From the NCBI GenBank assembly GCA_002497285.1, contig DANJ01000007.1, positions 205 through 64,204 on the forward strand: a stretch of 64,000 nt of DNA. Reading direction: 5' to 3'. Below the pieces are notes generated by a model. The model saw only the letters and a program-made list of their open reading frames with translations. It made no database searches and was not told where the DNA came from. This DNA comes from Candidatus Pacearchaeota archaeon UBA92. GTDB lineage: Archaea; Nanobdellota; Nanobdellia; Pacearchaeales; GW2011-AR1. Position 1 is the first letter of the stretch, and every line of letters begins with the position of its first letter. Both the position numbers and the translations under genes were made by a program. This document shows, in pieces, positions 1 through 7,766 of this stretch.

Positions 1-45
1 CAACATTCTTAGGACACGCAGAGATGCTTCCAGAGATTAGCAAAT

Positions 46-300
46 TTAAGAAATCTTAAACCTATTCTTAAATCCACATTTACATTCAGCAATCTTATAA
101 AATTTATCAATTCTAATCTTGCCATCTTTTAAATCAAGTAGGCATTTCTTACAAAATCTTTTCCTATAGTCACCAAGACGAATCTTATATTTCATAGATA
201 GTCTTTTTATTTTTCTCGTCTGACTATTGTTTAAATTATCTTGCTTAAAATAATCCTCAATTTTTTTCCTCGCTTCCGTTTTAGACAATTCTTTTTTCAT
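46..300 (-). CDS. rnp4: RNase P protein component 4 (Rpp21/Rpr2 family zinc-ribbon protein)
   Basis: Tracked ORF 46..378 trimmed to the internal ATG at 300 (MKKELSK...). It has a basic N-terminal helix and a C-terminal CKKC...CKCG four-Cys zinc ribbon typical of archaeal Rpp21. The upstream part of the tracked ORF runs into the 5S rRNA gene. Confidence 0.7.
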   Translation of the reverse strand: MKKELSKTEARKKIEDYFKQDNLNNSQTRKIKRLSMKYKIRLGDYRKRFCKKCLLDLKDGKIRIDKFYKIAECKCGFKNRFKIS

Positions 301-332
301 TAAAATTAGAACTAACTGAAGTATAAAAAGAT

Positions 333-446
333 GAAGACAGCATCCGTGGTTCGCCTCTTGTAGGAGACTAAAGCACAAAACGCGGCAAGCTTGACTTCTG
401 TGTTCGGAAAGGGAACAGGTATTTCCTCACCGCTATGACCGTCTTC
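333..446 (-). rRNA. 5S ribosomal RNA
   Basis: The reverse complement reads GAAGACGGTCATAGCGGTGAGGAAATACCTGTTCCCTTTCCGAACACAGAAGTCAAGC...CTGTCTTC. This contains the conserved 5S core (CCGAAC..GAAGT.AAGC). The termini pair as helix I (GAAGAC/GTCTTC). It is a local GC-rich patch in AT-rich DNA. Confidence 0.88.
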
Positions 447-464
447 AGAAATCTGTGATATTAC

Positions 465-475
465 GTATTTAAAAA
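465..475 (-). promoter_or_regulatory. Archaeal TATA box (CTTTTTAAATA) upstream of 5S rRNA
   Basis: A TTTAAATA-type box lies about 20-28 nt upstream of the inferred 5S 5' end at 446 on the minus strand. Confidence 0.4.
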
Positions 476-536
476 GCTTTCTAATCCCCACCCTCACTAT
501 AGATAAGGTTAAATATTTTTCATACCCAATTTTCAA

Positions 537-1637
537 ATGTATAAGTCAATTGCAATAGCTGGTCTTCCCAAATCAGGAAAAAGTGCATTAATAAATGAAC
601 TCCTCAAACACCTTCCTGGTTGGAAAGTACATTCAATAGGAGACCTTCTGAGAGAAAGATATGCCCTTTGGAGGAATAAGACTAATTCGCATTTGACTTT
701 TGAAGAGTATTATAAAGAAATTGTCACAAAAGAGGACATTCTTGAGGTAAACAATGAAGCAAGAGATCTTTTAAAAAAGGGAAAAGTAATTTTGGATTCA
801 AGGTTTGCAAAGTTAAACTCAGCAGGCTTTTCAGACGTTCTACTAGTTTTTGTTAAAGCTAATTTAGAAGTGCGCGCAACTAGGGCAAGAGAAGCCTATC
901 CAGAAAAAAACCTATCCGAGATAAAAAACATATTAATTGGACGAGAAGAAGATGAGCAAAAATGGGGAGAAAATATATTTAATTTTACTTACAACGACGA
1001 AGAAAATTATTCCTCTGCATTAGTTATAGATAGTTCTGAATTGACTATCTCTGAAGAAACAAACTTTATTTTGGCCAAGTTAAGAAGCAAGGCTAAAATT
1101 TTTATCATAACTGGACCCTCTGGTGCAGGCAAGACAACAATCTTTGAAGAAATTTTAAAATTACCTTCTGATCTTGCAAGAGTTATCACATACACAACAA
1201 GAAAAAAAAGAGAAAACGAAATAGATGGCAAAGATTACCATTTTATTTCAAAAGAATCTTTTTTAGAAAAAGTCTCTTCGAAAAAAATGTTTGAGTATGC
1301 AGAAGTATATGGAAATTTATACGGGAGCTCAAAAGAGGCTGTTGAAAAATTACTCAGTACTGGAAAAGAAATTCTTTTTGCAATAGATTTAAGAGGGGCC
1401 GAAACAATAAAAGAAATATTTCCAGAAAGCATAGAAATTTTTATTCTTCCACCTTCACTAGAAGAACTGGGAAAGAGAATTAACAAACGAGGGGATAAAA
1501 ATAAGTCTGATATTGCTCAAAGGTTAGAGGAAGCAGGAAAAGAGATTGTAAAATCAAAGTTTTTTAAACATATTGTTATAAACGACGATTTGAACAAGGC
1601 AGTGTTTGAAGTAAGACAGATAATTCAAGCCAATTAA
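537..1637 (+). CDS. Fusion protein: NMP kinase-like P-loop domain (cytidylate/adenylate kinase-like) plus guanylate kinase domain
   Basis: The N-terminal half has the P-loop GLPKSGKS and an NMP-kinase-like layout. The C-terminal half (from about aa 185) has guanylate kinase signatures GPSGAGKTT, TTRKKRENEIDGKDYHF and EYAEVYGNLYGSS. Confidence 0.75.
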   Translation: MYKSIAIAGLPKSGKSALINELLKHLPGWKVHSIGDLLRERYALWRNKTNSHLTFEEYYKEIVTKEDILEVNNEARDLLKKGKVILDSRFAKLNSAGFSDVLLVFVKANLEVRATRAREAYPEKNLSEIKNILIGREEDEQKWGENIFNFTYNDEENYSSALVIDSSELTISEETNFILAKLRSKAKIFIITGPSGAGKTTIFEEILKLPSDLARVITYTTRKKRENEIDGKDYHFISKESFLEKVSSKKMFEYAEVYGNLYGSSKEAVEKLLSTGKEILFAIDLRGAETIKEIFPESIEIFILPPSLEELGKRINKRGDKNKSDIAQRLEEAGKEIVKSKFFKHIVINDDLNKAVFEVRQIIQAN

Positions 1638-1645
1638 ATGATAAC

Positions 1646-1654
1646 CTTTAAAAC
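1646..1654 (+). promoter_or_regulatory. Archaeal TATA box (CTTTAAAAC) upstream of the tRNA-Leu/tRNA-Arg pair
   Basis: The box is centred about 28 nt upstream of the tRNA-Leu 5' end. The same CTTTAAAAC string recurs upstream of tRNA-Gly. Confidence 0.4.
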
Positions 1655-1677
1655 TCTCTTTATTCTGATTTTTACAT

Positions 1678-1762
1678 GCGGGGGTGCCGGAGTGGTCAAA
1701 CGGGCTGGACTCAAGATCCAGTGTGCTTAGTGCCTACCTAGGTTCGAATCCTAGTCCCCGCA
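1678..1762 (+). tRNA. tRNA-Leu (anticodon CAA, class II with long variable arm)
   Basis: Hand fold: acceptor GCGGGGG/TCCCCGC (one G-U), 3-bp D stem, anticodon stem CTGGA/TCCAG with loop CTCAAGA (CAA at 1712-1714), long variable arm, T arm CTAGG-TTCGAAT-CCTAG. No encoded CCA. Confidence 0.9.
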
Positions 1763-1763
1763 T

Positions 1764-1849
1764 GCCCGGGTAGCTCAGCCTGGATAGAGCATCACACTCC
1801 TAAATATGAAGAAATGTGAGGGTCGCAGGTTCAAATCCTGTCTCGGGCG
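1764..1849 (+). tRNA. tRNA-Arg (anticodon CCT) with an 11-nt intron after position 37
   Basis: Acceptor GCCCGGG/CTCGGGC, D arm GCTC-AGCCTGGATA-GAGC, anticodon stem TCACA/TGTGA, T arm GCAGG-TTCAAAT-CCTGT. The loop reads CTCCTA (CCT at 1799-1801) followed by extra AATATGAAGAA (about 1803-1813) before A38. Total 86 nt against 75 expected. Confidence 0.8.
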
Positions 1850-1866
1850 TTTTATAAAAAGCAAAT

Positions 1867-1875
1867 CTTTAAAAC
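1867..1875 (+). promoter_or_regulatory. Archaeal TATA box (CTTTAAAAC) upstream of tRNA-Gly
   Basis: The box is centred about 28 nt upstream of the tRNA-Gly 5' end at 1899. Confidence 0.4.
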
Positions 1876-1898
1876 CATTCTAAAAATAGTTTAATCAA

Positions 1899-1970
1899 GC
1901 GCGAGTGGTCTAATGGTTATGATTTCGCCCTTCCAAGGCGATGGTCCGGGTTCGATTCCCGGCTTGCGCA
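1899..1970 (+). tRNA. tRNA-Gly (anticodon TCC)
   Basis: Acceptor GCGCGAG/CTTGCGC (one G-U), anticodon stem TCGCC/GGCGA with loop CTTCCAA (TCC at 1932-1934), T arm CCGGG-TTCGATT-CCCGG. No encoded CCA. Confidence 0.9.
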
Positions 1971-2009
1971 TTTAATTAATATTAAAAACCCTCCTTTACC
2001 TATAAAAGA

Positions 2010-2894
2010 ATGGAAGAATCAAAAAGAAACTGGCACGATAAAATATATAAGAAACTTCTTATCCTTCCGATTTTAGCTCTTGCTTTCTCCATAATCTATC
2101 TTGGATATTTCATATCTCTAAATGGAGATATAATTTACAAAGATGTTTCTCTAACCGGGGGAACAACAATAACAGTCTTTGACGATTCAGTAGATATTAA
2201 GATTTTAGGAGAAAATCTGAAGAAAGATTTTCCGGACATAATGATTAGAGGGATATCAAATATAAGAACAGGGAAACAACAAGCCTTCTTCATAGAAACA
2301 GCATCAACTCCCGAAGAAATAAAACCTGCTCTTGAAAAATATCTCGGTTATTCCCTAAATGTGGATAATTCTTCTATAGAATTTACAGGTTCATCAATTT
2401 CTTCTGGATTTTATAAACAACTTAGAACGGCCATTCTTCTTGCATTCTTATTTATGGCGATAGTTGTTTTCATAATCTTCCGTACACCAATTCCAAGTCT
2501 TGCAGTAATAATTTCTGCCTTTGCAGATATTATAATGACCATTACAGTTGTAGATCTCTTCGGAATAAGTATTTCTACAGGAGGGATAGTTGCAATTCTG
2601 ATGCTTATAGGTTATTCTGTAGATACAGACGTTCTCCTAACAACTAGAGTTATTAGAAAGAAAGGAGAGTCTCTAAATAAAAGAATATATGATGCATTTA
2701 AAACAGGAATGACTATGACTTTAACTTCTATCGCCGCAGTTCTTGTAGCTTTGATAATTATTTATACATTTTCAGATGTCCTAAGACAGATTTTCACAAT
2801 TCTTCTTATCGGCTTAGGTTTCGATATCTTTAATACATGGATTACGAACGCATCAATACTAAAATGGTACGCGGAGGTTAAGAAACTAGGATGA
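2010..2894 (+). CDS. secF: Protein-export membrane protein SecF
   Basis: 294 aa with an N-terminal TM segment, a periplasmic-type loop, then five C-terminal TM segments with SecF-like motifs (GYSVDTDVLLTTR). It overlaps the downstream SecD gene by 4 nt. SecF-before-SecD is the archaeal order. Confidence 0.85.
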   Translation: MEESKRNWHDKIYKKLLILPILALAFSIIYLGYFISLNGDIIYKDVSLTGGTTITVFDDSVDIKILGENLKKDFPDIMIRGISNIRTGKQQAFFIETASTPEEIKPALEKYLGYSLNVDNSSIEFTGSSISSGFYKQLRTAILLAFLFMAIVVFIIFRTPIPSLAVIISAFADIIMTITVVDLFGISISTGGIVAILMLIGYSVDTDVLLTTRVIRKKGESLNKRIYDAFKTGMTMTLTSIAAVLVALIIIYTFSDVLRQIFTILLIGLGFDIFNTWITNASILKWYAEVKKLG

Positions 2895-4399
2895 AATTAA
2901 CTTGGAAAATTTGGTTGTTAATAATTGTATTAGTTCTTTCCCTATTGGCGATAAAACCAACTTTTGACTCGGGAGTTGTAGTAAAATCTATAGAACCAAA
3001 TTCATTAGTCTTTCAGCAAGGAATGAAACAAGGAGAAATAATAAAATCCCTGAATGGAGAAAAAGTTAGTTCTTTAGAAGACTATTCAAGAATCATTTCT
3101 TCACTTTTTCCTTCTCAAGAGGAAAAGCGTATAGACATAGGAACAAAGACAAACAACTATATTATATTTACAAATCAGACTCCGCAAATTGTTGTTCAAA
3201 ATGTTCCTAAAACAAGGATAAACACAGGTTTAGATATTCAAGGAGGAGCAAGAGCATTAGTTCAGCCAGAAGAAAAATTGACAGATTCACAACTACAAGA
3301 TTTGATAGAAGTTAGCCAAAACAGGTTTAACGTTTTTGGTATTTCTGATGTAAAAATCAAAGCAGTCAGCGATTTGGCAGGCAATCAGTTTATGCTCATA
3401 GAAGTAGCAGGAGCCACTCCAAAAGATTTGGAAGACTTAGTATCTAAACAAGGCAAGTTCGAAGCAAAGGTAGCAAATCAGACAATCTTTGTTGGAGGAA
3501 ATGAAGATATCACTGATGTTTGTAGAAATGATGCAACATGCGCCGGAATAAACTCCTGTGCCCAATCCCAAGGAGGGTATGTCTGTAGTTTTCAATTTAC
3601 AATATTTCTAAGTCCAGAAGCCGCGAGAAGACATGCAAATATCACTTCAACTATTCCTCTTGACCCTGAAACAAATGGAGCATATTTAACAGAAAATCTT
3701 TATCTTTTCTTAGATGATATCGAAGTTGATAGTTTGAGGATAAGCTCAGGACTAAAAGGTAGAGAAACAACACAAATATCTATTCAGGGTTCTGGAGAAG
3801 GAGCCACTCAACAGGAAGCCTTCGAGGATGCAAAAAACTCAATGAACCATCTTCAGACAGTATTAATTACTGGAAGCTTACCCTATAAATTAAATATAGT
3901 AAAACTTGATACAATTTCTCCAGCTCTCGGTAGTCAGTTTATTTATCTTATTTTTCTTGCAGGTATAGCTGCCATTTTAGCAGTTGGAGTAATAATTTTT
4001 ATAAGGTATAAGAAATTCAAATCATCACTTGCTCTTCTCTTCACCTCATTCTCTGAATTGTTAATTATATTAGGAGTTTCAGCACTTATAAAATGGAATC
4101 TTGATTTGCCCTCAATTGCCGGAATTTTAGCAACAATCGGTACAGGAGTAGACCAGCAAATTGTTATCTTAGATGAGGCAAGAACAGGCAAAGAAACCTC
4201 TCTAAAAGAAAGAATGAAAAGGGCATTATTTGTTGTCATGACTGCATATCTAACCTCTTTAGTTGCACTATTGCCTTTATATTGGGCGGGAGCAGGGTTG
4301 TTCAAAGGATTTGCTATAACTTCTATAATAGGTATTACTGCAGGAGTATTCATCACAAGGCCAGCATTCGCAGATATGATAAGGAAGATGGAGGAATAG
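2891..4399 (+). CDS. secD: Protein-export membrane protein SecD
   Basis: 502 aa with a large extracytoplasmic domain (GLDIQGGARALV motif) followed by six TM segments (GTGVDQQIVILDE). Confidence 0.85.
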   Translation: MKLTWKIWLLIIVLVLSLLAIKPTFDSGVVVKSIEPNSLVFQQGMKQGEIIKSLNGEKVSSLEDYSRIISSLFPSQEEKRIDIGTKTNNYIIFTNQTPQIVVQNVPKTRINTGLDIQGGARALVQPEEKLTDSQLQDLIEVSQNRFNVFGISDVKIKAVSDLAGNQFMLIEVAGATPKDLEDLVSKQGKFEAKVANQTIFVGGNEDITDVCRNDATCAGINSCAQSQGGYVCSFQFTIFLSPEAARRHANITSTIPLDPETNGAYLTENLYLFLDDIEVDSLRISSGLKGRETTQISIQGSGEGATQQEAFEDAKNSMNHLQTVLITGSLPYKLNIVKLDTISPALGSQFIYLIFLAGIAAILAVGVIIFIRYKKFKSSLALLFTSFSELLIILGVSALIKWNLDLPSIAGILATIGTGVDQQIVILDEARTGKETSLKERMKRALFVVMTAYLTSLVALLPLYWAGAGLFKGFAITSIIGITAGVFITRPAFADMIRKMEE

Positions 4400-4837
4400 A
4401 TGATTCCGAGGTGGCACATACTTCTAGGCGCCATATTCACAGGAATAATTTGGTTTTTTATTCCAACATTAAATTGGGTGTATCTCTTAACAATTTTTTT
4501 GGCCTCGGTATTAATAGATTTAGACCATTATTTTTGTGCGGCATACAAGATAAAAAAACTTTCTTTATTGAGATGTTTAGACTATTACACTGCCCTAAAC
4601 AAAAAACACGAAATTGAAAAGAAAAGAGGAATAAGGCAGAAAGGAGACTTTCATATCTTTCATACAGTAGAATTTCATACCTTAATCGCAATATTAAGTT
4701 ATTTTTCTCTTTATTTTTTCTTTATCTTCATAGGGATGATCTTTCACTCTTTATGTGATTTGTTTTGGCTTCTTTCAAAAGATAGGATTTACTTAAGGGA
4801 ATACTTTTTCTTCAACCAGATTAAAGATAAATTTTAA
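4400..4837 (+). CDS. Small multi-pass membrane protein, DUF457/YdjM-like membrane-bound metal-dependent hydrolase family
   Basis: Four hydrophobic segments and LIDLDHY / HS..D motifs. The start codon abuts the secD stop. Confidence 0.45.
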   Translation: MIPRWHILLGAIFTGIIWFFIPTLNWVYLLTIFLASVLIDLDHYFCAAYKIKKLSLLRCLDYYTALNKKHEIEKKRGIRQKGDFHIFHTVEFHTLIAILSYFSLYFFFIFIGMIFHSLCDLFWLLSKDRIYLREYFFFNQIKDKF

Positions 4838-4842
4838 CTAAA

Positions 4843-5415
4843 TTAATTTACATAATTGTGATCTTTTTTTATACTTGCTGTTAATATATGCCCTATAGTT
4901 AAATGAACATCTTCAATTATCCCATAGTTTCTCGATGAAACAACAATTGAATCATCTGAAAGATGAATTGCTTCGCCTCCATCAAAACCTAAAACAGAAA
5001 AAACATAGGCTCCCAAATCCTTAGCTAATTCTATAGCTTTAAGAATATTTTTTGATTTACCCGAGCCAGTTATTGATATTAACAAATCACCCTTTCTTAT
5101 CAGATTTCTAAGTTGTTGTGAAAAAACCTGGTCAAAAGAAAGATCGTTAGTCAGAGCTGTAAGAGTAGCTACATTGTCAGTTAGTGAAACAACCCTTAAT
5201 CTTTTATAGGAAGGATCATAAAAATCGGTTAAAGTTCCCTTGCTTAAATCACAAGCCCAATGAGAAGCATTTGCAGCGCTTCCCCCATTACCTATAATAA
5301 AAATAGTTCCATCCTTCTCTCTGATTTCAATAACTTTGTCAATTAAATTTTGAATCTTACTCTTATCTACTTTTTCCAAGACATCTTTAAGTTCAGCCAA
5401 ATAGCTATCTATCAT
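4843..5415 (-). CDS. gmhA: D-sedoheptulose 7-phosphate isomerase
   Basis: SIS domain with IIGNGGSAANASHWACDL and ISITGSGKSKN signatures, about 190 aa. Confidence 0.85.
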   Translation of the reverse strand: MIDSYLAELKDVLEKVDKSKIQNLIDKVIEIREKDGTIFIIGNGGSAANASHWACDLSKGTLTDFYDPSYKRLRVVSLTDNVATLTALTNDLSFDQVFSQQLRNLIRKGDLLISITGSGKSKNILKAIELAKDLGAYVFSVLGFDGGEAIHLSDDSIVVSSRNYGIIEDVHLTIGHILTASIKKDHNYVN

Positions 5416-5447
5416 AAAAAATCTTTGCCTTTCTCAATTTAAATATC

Positions 5448-6425
5448 TTATTGTGCATATATTATTCGAGTTCCTTCTCTGTCAAATCCAAATTCGAATT
5501 CCTTTAGCTCCAAAAGCGCTTTTTTTAAAGAATCTTGTTTTTCTGGTTCACAATAAAACAATATGAATCCACCCCCTCCAGCACCGAGAACTTTTCCTCC
5601 AGTAGCGCCAGCCAAAATTCCTCTATCATATACTTCATCAATATAACTATTTGAAATACTACTTGCTAAAGATTTTTTCAAAAGCCAACTTTTATGCAAC
5701 ATTTCTCCAAATTCTTCAATTCTGTTATTATCCAAATTCTCTTTCATTCTTAGGGTAATCTCTTTCATTTGTTGCATCACTTTAAACTTCTCCTCATCAA
5801 AAGAGATGTTATGATTTTGCTCATGTAAAACAGATGCAGCATCTCTAGTTTTATTTAGATAAAAGGCGATTAGTCTTTTATTTATTTTGTCTAACGTTTC
5901 TTTAGATGCCCTTATTGGTTCTATCTCCACAGAGCCATCAATATTAAATTTTATAAAATTGATTCCTCCAAATGCACACGCATACTGGTCTTGTTTTCCT
6001 ATTGGTTCTTTTAAAACATCTATTTCAATTTCACAAGATTCTTCAGCAAGTTTTAGCTTTGGCACAAATTTCTCATTATGGCAATAAAGAAGATTCAATA
6101 AACCAACAGTAAACGCACTGCTCGAGCCCAAACCAGTTCCAGAGGGAACCTCTGCCAAGGAATGTATTTCCATTCCACTTGTAATTCCTGTTTTTTTCAT
6201 TACCTCTCTAACCCTTGTATTTTGAATTTTTTCAACACTATCTACCACTTCTCTTTTGTTATAAACTATTATATTATCACCTGCAAAGGACGGATGCGCC
6301 ACAAGATAAATATATTTGTCTATTGTAGCACTTATCACACAACCAAATTCTTTTTTAGAAAATGAAAAAAGATCTGTGCCTCCACCAAAAAAACTCATCC
6401 TCAAGGGGGACTTCGAAATAATCAT
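5448..6425 (-). CDS. hddA: D-glycero-alpha-D-manno-heptose 7-phosphate kinase (GHMP kinase)
   Basis: GHMP motif PSGTGLGSSSA, N-terminal SKSPLRMSFFGGGTD, C-terminal GGKVLGAGGGGF. It sits between heptose pathway genes. Confidence 0.8.
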   Translation of the reverse strand: MIISKSPLRMSFFGGGTDLFSFSKKEFGCVISATIDKYIYLVAHPSFAGDNIIVYNKREVVDSVEKIQNTRVREVMKKTGITSGMEIHSLAEVPSGTGLGSSSAFTVGLLNLLYCHNEKFVPKLKLAEESCEIEIDVLKEPIGKQDQYACAFGGINFIKFNIDGSVEIEPIRASKETLDKINKRLIAFYLNKTRDAASVLHEQNHNISFDEEKFKVMQQMKEITLRMKENLDNNRIEEFGEMLHKSWLLKKSLASSISNSYIDEVYDRGILAGATGGKVLGAGGGGFILFYCEPEKQDSLKKALLELKEFEFGFDREGTRIIYAQ

Positions 6426-7123
6426 TTTGAAAGTACCTCTTCCATTTTTTTAAATCTTTCAGGTGTTCCAACATCGCCTATAAGTTCAGAAGTTTCATAT
6501 CCATAAAGTCCTAAATCATTTTCTAGCATTTTCGGAAAAACGTCCCTAATGAAATCAGATTTTCCAGCAGGTAAAAAATCAAATATTTTCGGTGATAAAA
6601 TATACCAAGCCGCATTTCCTAATGTTCCAAAATTCCTATTGCCAGGTTTTTTAATAAATCCATTTATCTTTGAATCATTATCAATTTGGACTATATCGCT
6701 ATCTTCCGGATGGCTCGAAGGATGAATTACCAGTGTTGCATCACTTTTTTTTAATAAATGGAACCTTTCTAATTTTTCCAAATCTACTTTTCCCACAACA
6801 TCTCCATAAATTACAAAGAAATTTTCAGTTAAAATATTTTTAAATGCTAAAAGAGCCCCAGAGGTTCCGAGAAGTTCTGGTTCATAGTTATAATATATTT
6901 TTAACCCATATGCGGAACCATCTCCGAAAAATTCTTTTATGCTCTTAGGGAGATAGTGCAGGTTGAGACATATTTCCTCAATCCCATATCTCTTTAGAAG
7001 TTCTATGTTATGTTGAAGTAAAGGTTTTCCAGCCAATTTAAGCATTACTTTTGGTATACTTTCAGTCATCTCACCCATACGGCTGCCCATACCCCCAGAA
7101 AGGATTATTGCCTTTTTCATCAC
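6422..7123 (-). CDS. hddC: D-glycero-alpha-D-manno-heptose 1-phosphate guanylyltransferase-like sugar nucleotidyltransferase
   Basis: NTP-transferase motif ILSGGMGSRMG, about 230 aa, 4-nt overlap with hddA. Confidence 0.75.
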   Translation of the reverse strand: MMKKAIILSGGMGSRMGEMTESIPKVMLKLAGKPLLQHNIELLKRYGIEEICLNLHYLPKSIKEFFGDGSAYGLKIYYNYEPELLGTSGALLAFKNILTENFFVIYGDVVGKVDLEKLERFHLLKKSDATLVIHPSSHPEDSDIVQIDNDSKINGFIKKPGNRNFGTLGNAAWYILSPKIFDFLPAGKSDFIRDVFPKMLENDLGLYGYETSELIGDVGTPERFKKMEEVLSK

Positions 7124-7153
7124 AAGATTTTACCAATAAATCAATATATAAAT

Positions 7154-7717
7154 TTAATCATTTCTTTCTATATATCCTACAACTTCAGAAATCTCTTTAG
7201 CGTAAAAATCAGGTTTCACATCAAGACTAATAGACTTATCACCTTCAATCAAATTGTTATTATCTGGAGACTTGAGCAAAATTGTTTTACAGCCCGCCGA
7301 TTTGCCTGCGATAATATCACTAATCATATCCCCCACAAACCAGCTATTGCTTAAATCGATATTATAATCCTTAGCCGCTTGAAATATCATTCCAGCACGA
7401 GGCTTCCGGCATTCACAATTTACCCTATATTTGTTCAAATCAGCATTTGGGTGATGCGGGCAAAAATAAAACCAGTCAATCAAATTGTCAATTTTTTCAT
7501 TTATACAATTATTAATCTCTTTAATTTCCTCCTCATTTGACAATCCTCTCGCAATTATTGGCTGATTTGAGATGACAATAAGAAGAGGAACAAGAGCCTT
7601 TATTTTTCCAAGTGCTTCTTTAACTCCTGGCAAGATTACAATCTTATCTTTTCTGTTTAAACAAGCCCCATTTTCATTTATCACTCCATCCCTATCAAAA
7701 AAAACAGCCTTATTCAT
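7154..7717 (-). CDS. gmhB: D,D-heptose 1,7-bisphosphate phosphatase (HAD superfamily)
   Basis: HAD motif I FFDRDGVIN, Cys-rich CPHHP..CECRKP zinc-site-like segment, motif GDMISDI. Confidence 0.8.
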   Translation of the reverse strand: MNKAVFFDRDGVINENGACLNRKDKIVILPGVKEALGKIKALVPLLIVISNQPIIARGLSNEEEIKEINNCINEKIDNLIDWFYFCPHHPNADLNKYRVNCECRKPRAGMIFQAAKDYNIDLSNSWFVGDMISDIIAGKSAGCKTILLKSPDNNNLIEGDKSISLDVKPDFYAKEISEVVGYIERND

Positions 7718-7766
7718 TATTCTCTAAAAAGATAAAGTTTTAAAAGACTTTCTGTATTCAAAAAAT

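Noticed and set aside
312-536. 74-aa minus-strand ORF in the track.
   Set aside because: It is superimposed on the 5S rRNA gene and its promoter. Its peptide (..PNTEVKLAAFCALVSYKRR..) is simply 5S sequence translated, so it is not a protein gene.
3943-4440. 165-aa minus-strand ORF antisense to secD, together with the 4282..4617 plus-strand ORF.
   Set aside because: Both lie within or overlap the well-supported SecD C-terminal TM region and the downstream membrane protein gene. They have no motifs. Long antisense ORFs of this kind are typical of biased sequence.
1678-4842. The tRNA cluster as the integration site of the glycan island.
   Set aside because: The conserved secF-secD pair and another gene lie between the tRNAs and the first island gene. 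I saw no partial tRNA direct repeat or integrase.
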